DNA of 64,000 nucleotides from Candidatus Poribacteria bacterium (GTDB lineage Bacteria; Poribacteria; WGA-4E; PCPOR2b): NCBI GenBank assembly GCA_965215015.1, contig OZ244042.1, positions 1,440,001 to 1,504,000 of the forward strand, read 5' to 3'. Shown piece by piece: positions 63,837 to 64,000 of this stretch (position 1 is its first letter; each line of letters starts with the position of its first letter). The notes under the pieces were generated by a model. It saw only the letters and a program-made list of their open reading frames with translations, ran no database searches and was not told where the DNA came from. The position numbers and the translations under genes were made by a program.

Positions 63837-63870
63837 TGCAAAACTTTTTCCTTCGGCAAAAAAACTTATT

Positions 63871-63906
63871 TTGACGTACTCCCCCACCCTGAAGGGTAGG
63901 AATTTT
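63871..63906 (-). mobile_element. Orphan IS200/IS605-type right-end hairpin
   Basis: Minus strand AAAATTCCTACCCTTCAGGGTGGGGGAGTACGTCAA: hairpin followed by terminal TCAA. Confidence 0.55.
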
Positions 63907-64000
63907 CACCTGTCCAGAGTATAAAATTGTGCTATCAACAAGGTTAGCCCGCCGAAGCGGAACGGGCACCCTCTTCCTCATGGGTTGACGCCCCAACCCT

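Noticed and set aside
52455-64000. Complete DGR cassette
   Set aside because: No reverse transcriptase, avd gene or template repeat seen in the window; only a candidate target is reported

Overview
Bacterial chromosomal window of moderate GC. Gene content (eight PhyH-like dioxygenase ORFs, a sulfatase, a DUF6785-type membrane protein, a PorV-like barrel beside a FlgD-type C-terminal-domain protein, many intergenic palindromes) suggests Candidatus Poribacteria or a similar lineage; this is inference only. Housekeeping genes (argJ, tsaB, maf, udk, a rimK-family ligase) are mixed with accessory blocks: (1) a decayed IS4-type element with intact terminal repeats and a 9-bp target duplication, directly upstream of a single-chain nuclease-methyltransferase-TRD restriction-modification gene; (2) a 2311-aa Ig-repeat surface protein plus a PorV-like barrel; (3) a tightly coupled four-gene Druantia-like defence operon (DUF1998 helicase plus three accessory genes) with no druA or druM; (4) an ~11.5-kb co-oriented cluster of predicted exported proteins (LPP20-like lipoproteins, two signal-peptide-bearing caspase-like proteases with PEGA repeats, an Ig lipoprotein, a DUF4384 protein), in which the FGE-sulfatase C-terminus resembles a DGR variable region. 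Four of the PhyH-like proteins lack the canonical HxD iron motif. No rRNA, tRNA or CRISPR array was recognised. All family assignments come from motif recognition by eye, not database searches.
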